Shown here in pieces: positions 12,121 through 27,904 of a stretch of DNA of 64,000 nucleotides. Below the pieces are notes generated by a model. That model did not search any database, was not told the origin of the DNA, and saw only the letters and a list, made by a program, of their open reading frames with translations. Source of the stretch: Eledone cirrhosa (lineage: Eukaryota). Where the stretch lies: NCBI GenBank assembly GCA_964016885.1, contig OZ024742.1, positions 3,534,001 through 3,598,000 on the forward strand, in the 5' to 3' direction. How positions within the stretch are numbered: position 1 is the stretch's first letter; every line of letters begins with the position of its first letter. Position numbers and translations under genes: made by a program.

Positions 12121-12449
12121 GATTCACAGCCCTTGCAATTGCCTTTGATGCCTGCAAACTCTGCTAAGAGTATTGCAATCGCTTGTCAGATGATAGAGTT
12201 TGGTGCACTTTTAGGCTATGACCATCCACACGAACCTGTAACAAATCCGGAACAAGCAATGCTGCGCTTTGAAGGTTTTTAAGTGGGGAAAGGCCTTGAA
12301 CTCGACCAATTCCACTCTCTGAACATCGAACACTATGCGAAAAGGAGAACTGGTCAACATCCTCGCAGGTTTTTTTTCTGGATCCTAGATATTATTAATA
12401 TACGTCTGGATCGGTCTTCAGACAGAGATGTTATCAGAGATGTTAACAT

Positions 12450-12517
12450 CTCTGTCTGATGACCGATACAAACGTATAATAATATTGTCTGGGATCCAGA
12501 AACCTTTGGTAATGGAG
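12450..12517 (+). ncRNA. Type I hammerhead ribozyme motif (PLE-derived), right arm of a short inverted repeat ~12378-12500
   Basis: CTCTGT CTGATGA [stem II] GAAA CC TTT GG TA ATGGAG; homologous to the motif at 53230-53297. Confidence 0.6.
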
Positions 12518-13618
12518 TAATTATATTTTGTGTTGTTCACTTTCTAATTAAATAGTTCTGTTCTATACATAGAGCACTCTTTTTTCCTTTGCGTTTTCTT
12601 CGGAATAACCTAACACATAAATATATCTACATATATACAGAGTATTTCTCAAATTTCCCGTTAATTCCCTCTTATCGACATATCTACTATGCATCTTCTG
12701 ATTTCAACTTTAAACAATTTACTAAACTTTAACATGTATACTTATTCGAGAGCGTCTGATGGCCCACTGGGTACTTTTTCATTTCCTTCTGACTTTACTG
12801 GCTGATAAGTGAATATTTCACCGGATATCTGCCTTTCGATTTATGTGAACACAAATCAATATATTTGTGGGATGTCGCCGAAGGTAAATGAAAATTGACA
12901 CCCAACTATTTTCTCGTTTGTATTCTTTTTTCCTGACACGCACCTAAGATATAATCTGATTGCTTTCTTCTCGAAATAATATAGTAATACAAAGAGAGGA
13001 GTGACAGTTATTTATGCAGGTTTTTCTTATAGAAGTACGTAACGTAAGTATCAATACTGTTAGATATAGAATCAGCTATTCATATGTGAAGTCATTCTGA
13101 CATGATGAGCATCTTACTCACAGACACACACGTGGTGGTGGTTGTGGTAGTCTGGCATTCTACTGTTACAGAAATGTTATCTGTTCCTTATAGTTAGTTG
13201 ATTAATGCCACGTCCACTACAGCATTGCGGACTTGTCACATTCCTAATCTTATATCCAACACCCATATCACAATCTAACTACTACGGCAACTTATTGCTG
13301 CTCAGAACCTTGGCTTACTAGAGTTCCCTTACTGCTTATGTCATTAATAAAGGAGGGGAGGTCCAACAATCTAAACAGAAGATAAACACTATCTATCTCT
13401 TGGGGTCTTTTAAGCTCTGCAAATTTCATGGATTATCTGTTTTACACACCTAGTTCTTCCTGCTGAGATCATTGGTCCCCTGGAAGTTGCTCCATGTTCA
13501 TCTTTTCCGACCGTTCTTGGTCTGCACCTATTTAAACAAAACAACATCATCGATCTATTGAATGTCGACCGGTCAGTAATGACTATTGGGTGATATATAT
13601 ACCGTCTAAGCTGCCGTT

Positions 13619-13762
13619 AAACCTATCCCCTGGTATCACAGTACTGCAGCCCACAAACCTATCCCCTGGTATCACAGTACTGCAGCCCACAAACCTATCC
13701 CCTGGTATCACAGTACTGCAGCCCACAAACCTATCCCCTAGTATCACAGTACTGCAGCCCAC
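13619..13762. repeat. Tandem repeat, 36-bp unit x4
   Basis: aaacctatcccctggtatcacagtactgcagcccac repeated four times. Confidence 0.95.
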
Positions 13763-13900
13763 TTTGTGGCAAGAATATATGTCTGGTTTTCAGTTTGAGA
13801 ATGAACTCCTCCTTTTCCTCCAGTTCTTTGTTACGAAGGCCCCGAAAAAATTAATGGGTGTAGTTCGTTTGTTCCGTTGGGATATTTATACCCCTCAACA

Positions 13901-14062
<162 letters not shown>

Positions 14063-14597
14063 ATTCATATGTGTGAGTTCCTGTGCGTATGAGTATGTGC
14101 AAATTAAAGGGAAAACATTACAGCAATCCATACAATACAATGAAGATATATTCTAGTTTAACTATATAAAAGGAGGTTTCAAACTATAATCTTCATCGGA
14201 AGATAGAAATTGACATAAAAGAAGAAATATATAAATAGAGGAGAGTGAGTAGATGAAACGATTTTATTTTCTAGGGAAAAAACAAATGTGTCCAGAGGAA
14301 TTTGTGGATATGCATATCTAATATATATAAACTACAATATGTTGAAAAGGTAACACACTAGAGAGAGATAGTGTGCCATCAATAAAACTCTCTAGTGTGT
14401 TACCTTTTCAACATATTGTATTTTAAAGAGCTCAAGATTCCTTTTCCTTTGAGGACATTATTGACAGGGAATAACGAGAGTCTATGGCTCCGTTAATCTA
14501 CCGTGATATCTAATATATATATATACGTTATTATATTCCGGGTTGAATCGGAGGTAACCACAGTAAGTAAGGTACTCAATACATAGCAGAGTATAAA

Positions 14598-14724
14598 AGT
14601 TTTAATATAGATGAAAATTCTACAGGACTAGAACTGTTTCATTCTTTAGAAATCATCAGGATTCTTGATGATTTCTAAAGAATGAAACAGTTCTAGTCCT
14701 GTAGAATCTCATCTATGTTAAAAC
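14598..14724. ncRNA. Back-to-back inverted pair of hammerhead motifs (minus 14617-14663; plus 14661-14707 with C3>T)
   Basis: (C/T)TGATGA TTTC TAAA GAAT GAAA CAG TTCTAGTC CTG TA GAAT on both strands. Confidence 0.72.
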
Positions 14725-14860
14725 TATACACAGTCGTCGGGCTCATACCTTTTCCTATTTCCCACTCTGTTGAGTACTCTGGTGCGTTATGGTCTATCTG
14801 GTTCCTTACCACAATTCCTTTGTTACACATATATATACATATTTATATATATAAATATAC

Positions 14861-14891
<31 letters not shown>

Positions 14892-14992
14892 TATATATTA
14901 TATATATATATATATGTGTATATATATATATATATGCGGCGATGAATTAGCTTTGCGAGGTTTTTTATATGAAATCGTGTGTCGAAACAAAT

Positions 14993-17263
14993 ATTGTTAT
15001 ACTTGGGGAGGGTCATATTTGTGTAATATTGCCAGAATTAATAAGAGAACACACTCACTGTTTGGTTGGTTTTCGCTTCTCGCTGTCTTTTATATCGGTA
15101 ATCTAACTTACTCGGTCCTCAGTGTTGCCATTGACTGACCGACGGTCAAAAAATAATACAGATACAATATAGACACAAACACATATATATAGTTTATCAT
15201 AAATCTTTCGTTGCACATCTGCAACATCGTCAGTGGTGTTATATTTTCCTCCTGTTGTGTTCTATGTCTACGCCATTTTTATTCAGTCTGTCTATATATT
15301 TATTTATTTATTTGCTTGTTTGTTTATTTTATTTTGTCTTCTTTGCGCATGCGTTTGCGTGTGTGTATAGTGTTTTGTTTGCTGTGTGATGGGTGACTAG
15401 TGTGTGTTTATGTGCTTGTTGTTATTGTGCTTGTGTATGTATTTATTTATTTATTTATCTTATTTATTTACTTATTTATACTTCTCTTAGGTCAGTGTTG
15501 TTTGTTTGGGTGTTGTTATTCCATTCATTCTTTCTGTTTAGTCTTGGTCTTCTAATTTCTATTTCACTGGCCTCTCTGATTTGCCTATCTGCTGGGTCAT
15601 TTCTATGTTTAGATATTATTCTAATTTCTATGTTGTCTATGTTACCGTCATGTTGTTGTCTAGCATGTTCGTATAGTACTGACCTAGCTATGGTGAACTG
15701 TGCCTCTGTCTCGTCATCTATTTGTTGTGGTATGCAAACTCTTTTATTAAAGGGTAACCTCGTAGGATAGATATTACCCATCTTATATGTTTTGTCAGCT
15801 GGGTTGAAAAATAGTTTCTCTAAGGGGTTGTCATTATATCTATCGTCATAGTTGTGTGTGTTGCTATTATTGTTATCAGGGTGGTTGTTGTTGTTTCAAT
15901 CATTAGCATTACTATTATTGTTATGATTGCTAGATGTATTGTTGTTTACTTCACCGTTATTGTTGTTGTTGTTACTGTTATTTCTACCATTGTGGTTGTT
16001 ACTTTTATAATGTTTCTTGTTTTTGTTGTCTCTATCATTGATGTTGCTACATGTACTATTTCCATTATTACCACTGTGGTTATTGTTGTTGTTGTTCGTA
16101 TTGTTACCGTTATTACTACTGTTGTCGCTGTTGCTGTGTCTGTGGTTAATGTTTCTATTATTATTATTATTGTGGTTGTTGTTGTTCTGTCTATCGCTAG
16201 TATTATTGCCATTATCACTATTTCTCACTTTCCTGCTATTGTTATAGTTATGGCTGTTATTTCTATACTCAGAGTTATTGTCCTGAGAAAGACCCACTTA
16301 AAAATAAAGGTGGTAGAAAATCCAGGAACCACCATAACATCCCTGATCAGCAAAACCTACCCTTTTAAGAAAACCCACTGTACCAATAGGAAATGTATCA
16401 TATGTAAGGTGAACCCCCGGATAAACTGTAAAACTAGAAACGTAGTCTATAGCATAAGATGTACAGAGGGTACTTGCAGAAACATGACAACAACATACAT
16501 AGGTGAGACAGCTCGTAGCATAGGTGAAAGGATAGACCAACACTGGGGGGAACTAAAAGGACGAAAAAACGGGTCAGTACTATACGAACATGCTAGACAA
16601 CAACATGACGGTAACATAGACAACATAGAAATTAGAATAATATCTAAACATAGAAATGACCCAGCAGATAGGCAAATCAGAGAGGCCAGTGAAATAGAAG
16701 TTAGAAGACCAAAGCTAAACAGAAAGAATGAATGGAATAACAACAACACCCAAACAAACAACACTGACCTAAGAGAAGTATAAATAAGTAAATAAATAAG
16801 ATAAATAAATAAATAAATAAATACATACACAAGCACAATAACAACAAGCACATAAACACACACTAGTCACCCATCACACAACAAACATAACACTATACAC
16901 ACACGCAAACGCATGCGCAAAGAAAACAAAATAAAATAAACAAACAAACAAATAAATAAATATATAGACAGACTGAATAAAAATGGCGTAGACATAGAAC
17001 ACAACAGGAGGAAAATATAACACCACTGACGATGTTGCAGATGTGCAACGAAAGATTTATGATAAACTATATATATGTGTTTGTGTCTATATTGTATTAT
17101 TGTTTGACCGTCGGTCAGTCAATGGCAACATTGAGGACCGAGTAAGTTAGATTACCGATATAAAAGACAGCGAGAAGCGAAAACCAACCAAACAGTGAGT
17201 GTGTTCTGTTATTAATTCTGGCAATATTACACAAATATGACCACCCTCCCTAAGTATAACAAT
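14993..17263 (+). mobile_element. Penelope-like element fragment (GIY-YIG end, Neptune-like Cys-rich linker) with ~690-bp inverted arms 14993-15684 / 16572-17263
   Basis: HCTNRKCIICK..NCKTRNVVYSIRC..C..YIGETARSIGERIDQH..EHARQQH..RQIREA..PKLNRKNE at ~16290-16783; arms are reverse complements; (AT)n on both flanks. Confidence 0.88.
17022..17063 (+). ncRNA. Minimal hammerhead motif in PLE terminal repeat (mirror copy on minus 15196-15237)
   Basis: ACCA CTGACGA TGTTGCA GATG TGCAAC GAAA GATT TA TGAT; stem I imperfect. Confidence 0.55.
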
Positions 17264-17264
17264 G

Positions 17265-17600
<336 letters not shown>

Positions 17601-17920
17601 TGGAATAAGAGTTTTTACATGCGGAATGTAGTGAGGCAGGTTATGGTCTCCATCAACCCAGGGCTAGAACAGTTGATATGTAATTATGACCTGTGTTAAC
17701 AGATACGGAAAAATGTAATTACTGCCATTCACTTTACATATAACCACGTGATTTATTATAGCATCATGATTTATACCACATTCCCTGGTTGTCATATACA
17801 AACAACAAACAGAATATATATAAATTATATACATATATGTGTGATTTTATGTATAATTATTTATATATGGATGTATATTTGTGTTGGCGTCTGCCTGTAT
17901 ATATATATATATATATATAC

Positions 17921-20495
<2,575 letters not shown>

Positions 20496-20624
20496 CTTGA
20501 TGCTGTTTTCCTGTGATTTTCATCGAAAAATATCTTTGAATACCTCTTCGCTTTTCATGATATTTGGATTACATTGAGTTCTTCATACGGATTGGACACT
20601 ACCGTATATTTTGGTAGATTTATC

Positions 20625-20677
<53 letters not shown>

Positions 20678-20757
20678 CCGTCTGGTGACCCTGTGGTGAT
20701 AATCTCCAGAGTACAAAGACTATATAGCCTTAGTAAAATGAATATATATATATAACA

Positions 20758-21490
20758 TTTAAAGGCTATATACATGTAAACTACACAAAGCCATATATAT
20801 ATATATGTGTGTTTTTGGCAACCATACACGGTGTGGCTCAATGACGAAATTAATTAAATAATTAATAATCCGAGCATTATATAAAAGTAAGTCCATAGAA
20901 TCATTAGATAAAATATATACAGTATTTCTTCTCCCAATCAGCATAAATCAACCACACAAAAAATCATTTAAACGAGGCTATAAGTTTAAAATATACTTAT
21001 GAAGAAACAGTAGATAAATGTTATAGCTTTTTATCCGCGACTCATAGCTACAGAAAATGTACCTAGTATTTCTGATAGCCTGTAGAAATTGACTAGACAT
21101 ATATTTAACCATACATAATTAGGTACAAAATCAAAGTTAGAAGAAAAAATGTATATAAACATACCAAAATCATCAAAATATCTCCACTACCGCCAGTTTC
21201 ATTCCATTTTTGGATATATCCGATCTTGGATAAATCAACGAGGTTGGAAATCATCAGGAGATAACTCAATTGGATAAAGATTTTTCTAACATGATCCCCA
21301 CCAGAAACGATTTCAAAATGGCTAAGAATCATCTCGTGGCTAGTGGTCAAGACAGAAAGTTTGTGATTGGTGTCTGTCGGCGAGTAGGCTGGTTGCTAGA
21401 AAGCGCAGCCAAATACTGCCTAAAGTTTTACTCAACCTTACGGGAGTATATAAAATGTAAAGGCTATATACATATAAACTACACAAAGCC

Positions 21491-21532
<42 letters not shown>

Positions 21533-21715
21533 TTGGCAACCATTCACCGTGTGGCTCAATGACGAATTAATTAAATAATTTATAATCAGAGCAATATATA
21601 AAAAGTAAGTCCATAGAATCATTAGATAAAATATATTCAGTATTTCCTCTTGCAATCAGCATAAATCAACCACACAAAAAATCATTTAAACGAGGCTATA
21701 AGTTTAAAATATATA
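20758..21715 (-). mobile_element. Non-coding ~700-bp unit with ~250-bp partial tandem duplication and a hammerhead (minus 21185-21260); same family as 44983-46225
   Basis: 20761-20995 is repeated at 21459-21712. Minus strand reads CTC CTGATGA TTTCCA...TGGAAT GAAA CTGGCGG TA GTG. Confidence 0.7.
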
Positions 21716-21912
21716 TATTGTAGAAAACGACCTATACAAGACCAGATCTGATTCATTCGTAAGAAATTACCATGACATTCCTGGTGATTTCTTACGAACG
21801 AACCAGTACTAGTCCTGTAGAAGTAATTTGTATAATAATATAAATATACTTATATTCTACGAACATATTGAGTAACTTTTTAAACTGTGATCACCCCCTG
21901 ATGTACATCAGT

Positions 21913-21917
<5 letters not shown>

Positions 21918-21988
<71 letters not shown>

Positions 21989-22003
21989 GAGAGGAGAGAG
22001 AGA

Positions 22004-22089
<86 letters not shown>
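21918..22089. repeat. (GA)n microsatellite
   Basis: Direct reading. Confidence 0.95.
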
Positions 22090-22092
<3 letters not shown>

Positions 22093-23295
22093 ACTTGATA
22101 TGGAACAGCCGACCAATACCTGACGGTGTTACGATATTTGGCACGAAGTTTCTGTTTCTTGAGATCAAAGAAATAGTGTTTTTAAGAAAGTGAAACTGTA
22201 ACACCTAATATTTTTGATAAAGTATTTGGTATGATACTCAAACATACATTGTTCCACATACATATATATATATACACACGCACATATGTATGCATGTATA
22301 CACATATACGCACATTCAAACACACACACACACATATATATATATTCGCTCACGCATACACAAATATAGATATTTATATTCGCACACGCATACACACACA
22401 CATATATATATGTGCGTGTGTGTGTGCGTGTGTATGTGTGCACGTATGTATATGATTGCGAGCATGCGTGTATATATGCAAGTGTGTGTGTGTGTGTAAG
22501 TTTAAGATATATAAAGAAAGACAAGTTTAAATAATCTAAATCCGAACTTTTCAGTAGAGATACTTTTATTTATCCTACTGATAGCACCAAAGCTCATAAT
22601 CATGGAAATCTTCCATAAAAGACGACATACTTGAAAAAGCGTTAGTTATCAAATAGAATAATATTTATATTTTCCTAGGTTACTGTATAATACAATATAT
22701 ATTTAGACATATCACCGCTACGGCAAATTAATTTTGATGTATTGCTATACAAGGACTGTTCGATTTTATTTTTCTTACAGAAATATAATTGCTGTTTTCT
22801 AATAAATAGTCGTAGTTATATTAAAAATGATGCTAAAATATAAAACAAAAAGTAAACGACAGCAAAACAATTATTTCTGTAAATATAAAATATTGAAGCA
22901 TTAAGAATTATTATAAAAAACTTCATGATATTCATTGAAATTATTCTCGTCATATTTCCTCAAATGACATTGTCTACAATAGAGTAAATTCAAAAATTCG
23001 CTTATTAGAGCACTTCACAAACTATTCAAAATTGAAATTGGAATAATTAAGGAAAGAGAAAATTTTACATTTTCTTTCAAAGTTACTAACATGATGGTTC
23101 TTTTGCTGTTGTCGTTTATTCTGACTCCATGCTGTGACGAGGAATATCTGTTTCTAATTAAGCCAATCTTGGCTGTCATTTCATTTGAGCATATATACCG
23201 ACTAATTGTTGTTTACCTGCTGTCCCTTTTTCCTCATTTATTCTCTATACACAGGGAATTTGTAGAACTGTCTGCAACGTCATACATAAAACACA

Positions 23296-23339
<44 letters not shown>

Positions 23340-23441
23340 GATACGAATAAGACTGTTGTTGAATCTCTGTGTTTGTCTTGTGATTTCTTTATAAATATAT
23401 GTGTTTGTATAAATATGTGCATACACACACACACACATACG

Positions 23442-23634
<193 letters not shown>

Positions 23635-23856
23635 AAAACCCCGATTGCAGCGCCGAGAAGTTTCGGTTTGTGTGGTCAGATTACTACAACCTTGAAAAAA
23701 GTTTGCAGAACACACAAAACGAAACCGATTGGTGCCGCATTCGGGATTTTACATATCTCTAACCCACTGTGCCTCTCTCCATGCATCGAGTACTCCCATG
23801 ATTAGTGGTCTCCTCGGTCTCAGCACCAAGACTATCTCTCTCTCTTTCTCTTTCTC

Positions 23857-23965
<109 letters not shown>

Positions 23966-24944
23966 AGAAGCAAAACACTGTTTATTGTGATCCAGTTTTT
24001 GGTTAAGAAAGCCAGTTTCACGGATGGTTTCAACGTACGGTTAGGGGTAACTCCACAGGTTTGTAAGAATTCCGTTCAATCTTGGAGTATAAAGTATAAA
24101 AGAGAAAACACAGGTAAGCATTAAGAGAAGGATTTTATCCAGGTATTTACGACCGTTTCATTGGTAAGTGCAACCTTATATTGCTATACTGCAAATAGCA
24201 GCCACTCAATTATAATTGTTGTTCACAGTCCAAATTTTCAAAATAGTGATTAAGTTACTCTTGAAATAATTCTTAATATATAGAGAAAAACATTTATTTG
24301 GAATTATATTTACTAGTATAGAGAGAGAGAGGAATCAGGAGGTGAGGGGTCAGACGGAATAGTATAGAGAGAGAGAGAGGAAGGGGGAAGAGGTAGGAAG
24401 TAGAATGACAAACTGAGATGGAGGGAGGGGTAGAGGTGGAAGGATTCCTTGGTCAGTTTTGATAGCAGACTTCATGTCGTGGAATGTAGTGAGTTAAAGA
24501 GAATTAAATTGATCATAGTGGGAGGGATGGATAGAGAGGGAGAGAGAGGGGGGATGTATAAAGAGATAAATATATATATATATATATAAAAATAAAGATA
24601 AAGATAATAATGACAAAAATAAAAGCAAAGAAGGGGGTGAGAAAGAAGAAAAGAAAAGATAGCCAAGAAGGGGAGGGAAGGAAGGGAGAAAACGAAGGAA
24701 TAGAAGAGGAATGAGGGAGAAGAGGGGGATATATGTATTGGTTTTGTGGGTAATTAAAGGGTTTAGATACAACAAAAGGGTATAAAGTCTAAGTATATGC
24801 AGTTTGTCAGTTGGTAGTAAGAGGTTAAGGGTTCGATTTGTAGTGCGAAAATTTCTCTTTGAGTCTATGGTTACAATAAATTGATCTCTCGATTTTATTG
24901 TTGAGTAACTTATTCTTCGAGCTTAAAAGGATTATACTCTCGGG

Positions 24945-27229
24945 ATGATACAACGAACAAACGACTTTATACACAGAGTTAGATGGAAAACTTTCCATTT
25001 CGACAAAGGACCTAATAGTCGCACCGTGGAATATAACAAGGAAACATACGGCTTCAAATCGTGTAAAAACCCACCTACCAACCCTCAACTGGATGCCTTT
25101 GAACAGGACTTAGTGAAGATAATTATGAATATCAAATTCAAAAAGCGGAGGAATAATAAACTCCAGAATGACATAAATACATTCCTAAAAAAGCTGCGAA
25201 CCACCAATGGAATTATTGTCAAAGCGGACAAAACATCAACTGTGTATACGATGGATGTTAATACATACAATAGCTTCATACGGAAGGAATTACATAGGAA
25301 ATACAAAAAAACAAATGAGGCGGCACTGATAAACATCAACAACGAGGCACACAATATAGTCAAACACCTAGGAATAGACGACAGAACGGAGCCACTTAGG
25401 CCATGCACCCCTACCTTTAACCTCAAAGACCACAAGGTAAATTTTGATTATAACCCCACTATTAGACTTATATGCCCATCCAAATCGGACATAGGGAAAA
25501 TTAGTAAACATATATTAGACAGAGTGATAGCACAAATGAAGAATAAACTAGTGATTAAACTATGGGGTAACGCTACCGAAACAATTAAGTGGTTTAACAA
25601 TATAACTAACAAAGAGGTATCTAAATTTATACAATTTGACATTAACGATTACTACTCATCTATATCCTCCAACACCTTGGATAAAGCCTTAGCATTCGCC
25701 AAAGCCAATTGTGACATAACAGACGACGAGATAAAAATCCTATTAGCTGCTAGGAAAACAATAATTAAATTTGAAAACGCCTATTGGGAACGTAAGGATA
25801 GATTAAATAACTTTGACATCACGATGGGGGCTAACGACTCGGCTCAAGTCACAGACTTAGTAGGTATTTACATAGCCCATAGTTTACAAAGTGAGTTTAG
25901 CGACCTTCACGGTGGAATCTACAGAGACGACGCCCTTCTCCTAGTTAAGAACCTAAATAACCAGAGCATAGAAAGACTCCGTAAGAATATTAGAAAGACT
26001 CTCGGAAAACTAGGCCTTAGCATAACGTATGAGTATAGCACTAAAACAGCTAACTTTCTAGATGTGACGCTTAACCTAAATACAGGACTTATAAGACCTT
26101 TTCACAAGATTAATGAAAACTTAGCATACATCAACTGTAACTCAAACCACCCACTATCCATAATTAAATCCATTCCACGCAGCATATCCCTTAGGATCTC
26201 CCGCCTCTCGTCTAACCGACAAATCTTCGAAGAACATGCAGAATACTACAACACCGCATTAGACAAGGCAGGCCACTTAGATAGAGTAGAATATATAGAT
26301 GAAAGCCTCCGTGAAGCGCACACAAACACGCATAACACAAACTCCAGAAACCACGCATACACACATTTACGCATAGAACTCCAAAGTATACGGCAAATAG
26401 AAATACAACATCGAAATCAAAAAAGTCACGCAGTAGAAAATATATTTGGTATAACCTCATATTTAACACCTCTATTAGTACTAACCTACCCTCTACCTTC
26501 TTTAGAATAATAAATAAGCACTTTCCAGATTCACATAGATACAGCAAAATCCTTAACACTAAATCTATTAGATTATCTTACTCCACGGCACCAAATATAG
26601 AGGCACACATTAAGATGCTTAACGCTAAAAAGATACATAACAACACCAAAACACAAATTTACAACAATAACAACACAATCACCACCGAAAATAACATAAT
26701 ATCTAATACACAACCACCCGCTAATAGGCAAACAAAACGTAACACAATTGTTCAGGCATCGCAGCCCACAAATAATGCCAAAGTTGCCCATGACAAGAAC
26801 TGTAACTGCCACCTACCTGAAACCTGTCCATTACATAATGAATGTATGCAGTCTAACCTGGTTTACCAATGCACAGTGGAATCAGAGAACCAGAAATGGT
26901 ATTACATCGGAGCGACTGGGAATACATTTAAAGCCCGTTAGTATACACACCGTTACGCAATGAAACATTCCCAGCACCGTTATGTAACTACCCTTGCAAA
27001 CAAGACCTGGCAACTGAGGGAAAGTAACCATCAATACACCCTGAAGTGGAAAAAATTATCGAACGTGCCCCCATATTGGAGTGGTATGAGAAACTGTCGA
27101 TTGTGCGACCTTGAGCTGTTCCACATCTTAAGCTCGAAGAATAAGTTACTAAACAATAAAATCGAGAGATCAATTTATTGTAACCATAGACTCAAAGAGA
27201 AATTTTCGCACTACAAATCGAACCCTTAA
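24945..27229 (+). pseudogene. PLE polyprotein: reverse transcriptase + GIY-YIG endonuclease; one frameshift (~26320-26420) and one TAG (26939-26941)
   Basis: FIHRVRWK, YGFKS, VKADKT, LKDHK, FDINDYYSSI, ITMGANDSAQ, GIYRDDAL, NFLDVTLNL, SNHP, IWYN..KHFP, NCNCHLPETCPL, VYQCTV..YIGATGNTFKAR, CRLCDLE..CNHR. Confidence 0.9.
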
Positions 27230-27802
27230 CCTCTTACTACCAACTGACAAACCGCATATACTTAGACTTTATACCCTTTTGTTGTATCTAAACCCTTTAA
27301 TTACCCACAAAACCAATACATATATCCTCCTCTTCTCCCTCATTCCTCTTCTATTCCTTCGTTTTCTCCCTTCCTTCCCTCCCCTTCTTGGCTATCTTTT
27401 CTTTTCTTCTTTCTCACCCCTTCTTTGCTTTAAATTTTGTCATTATTATCTTTATCTTTATTTTTTATATATATATATATTTATCTGTTTATATCCCCCT
27501 CTCTCTCCCTCTCTATCCATCCCTCCCACTATGATCAATTTAATTCTCTTTAACTCACTACATTCCACGACATGAAGTCTGCTATCAAAACTGACCAAGG
27601 AATCCTTCCACCTCTACCCCTCCCTCCATCTCAGTTTGTCATTCTACTTCCTACCTCTTCCCCCTTCCTCTCTCTCTCTCTCTATACTATTCCGTTTGAC
27701 CCCTCACCTCCTGATTCCTCTCTCTCTATATACTAGTAAATATAATTCTAAATAAATGTTTTCTCTATATATTAAGAATTATTTCAAGAGTAACTTACTC
27801 AC

Positions 27803-27904
27803 TATTTTGAAAATTTGGACTGTGAACAACAATTATATTTGAGTGGCTGCTATTTGCAGTATAGCAATATAAGGTTGCACTTACCAATGAAACGGTCGTA
27901 AATA
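27803..27904 (+). ncRNA. Hammerhead motif, U3-A8 core variant with long stem II (mirror on minus ~24145-24245)
   Basis: TATT TTGAAAA TTTGG...CCAAT GAAA CGGTCG TA AATA. Confidence 0.55.

Noticed and set aside
12340-12385. HDV-like ribozyme near the 5' side of the Dong element (ggagaac..tcctcgc..gtttttt)
   Set aside because: It is on the strand opposite to the element, P2/P4 could not be assigned, and it overlaps the hammerhead inverted repeat.
14333-14420. Short perfect inverted repeat (~32-bp arms)
   Set aside because: No ribozyme core, TSD or second copy seen; probably a PLE inversion remnant.
15854-16290. Hydrophobic V/I-rich 'membrane protein' N-terminus of the 309-aa ORF
   Set aside because: It is the antisense reading of an AAC/AAT-rich low-complexity stretch; only the C-terminal GIY-YIG part is credible.
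26939-26941. In-frame stop in the Naiad-like ORF as possible selenocysteine recoding (reported for some Naiads)
   Set aside because: The codon is TAG, not TGA, it is not at a Cys position, and no SECIS was recognised.
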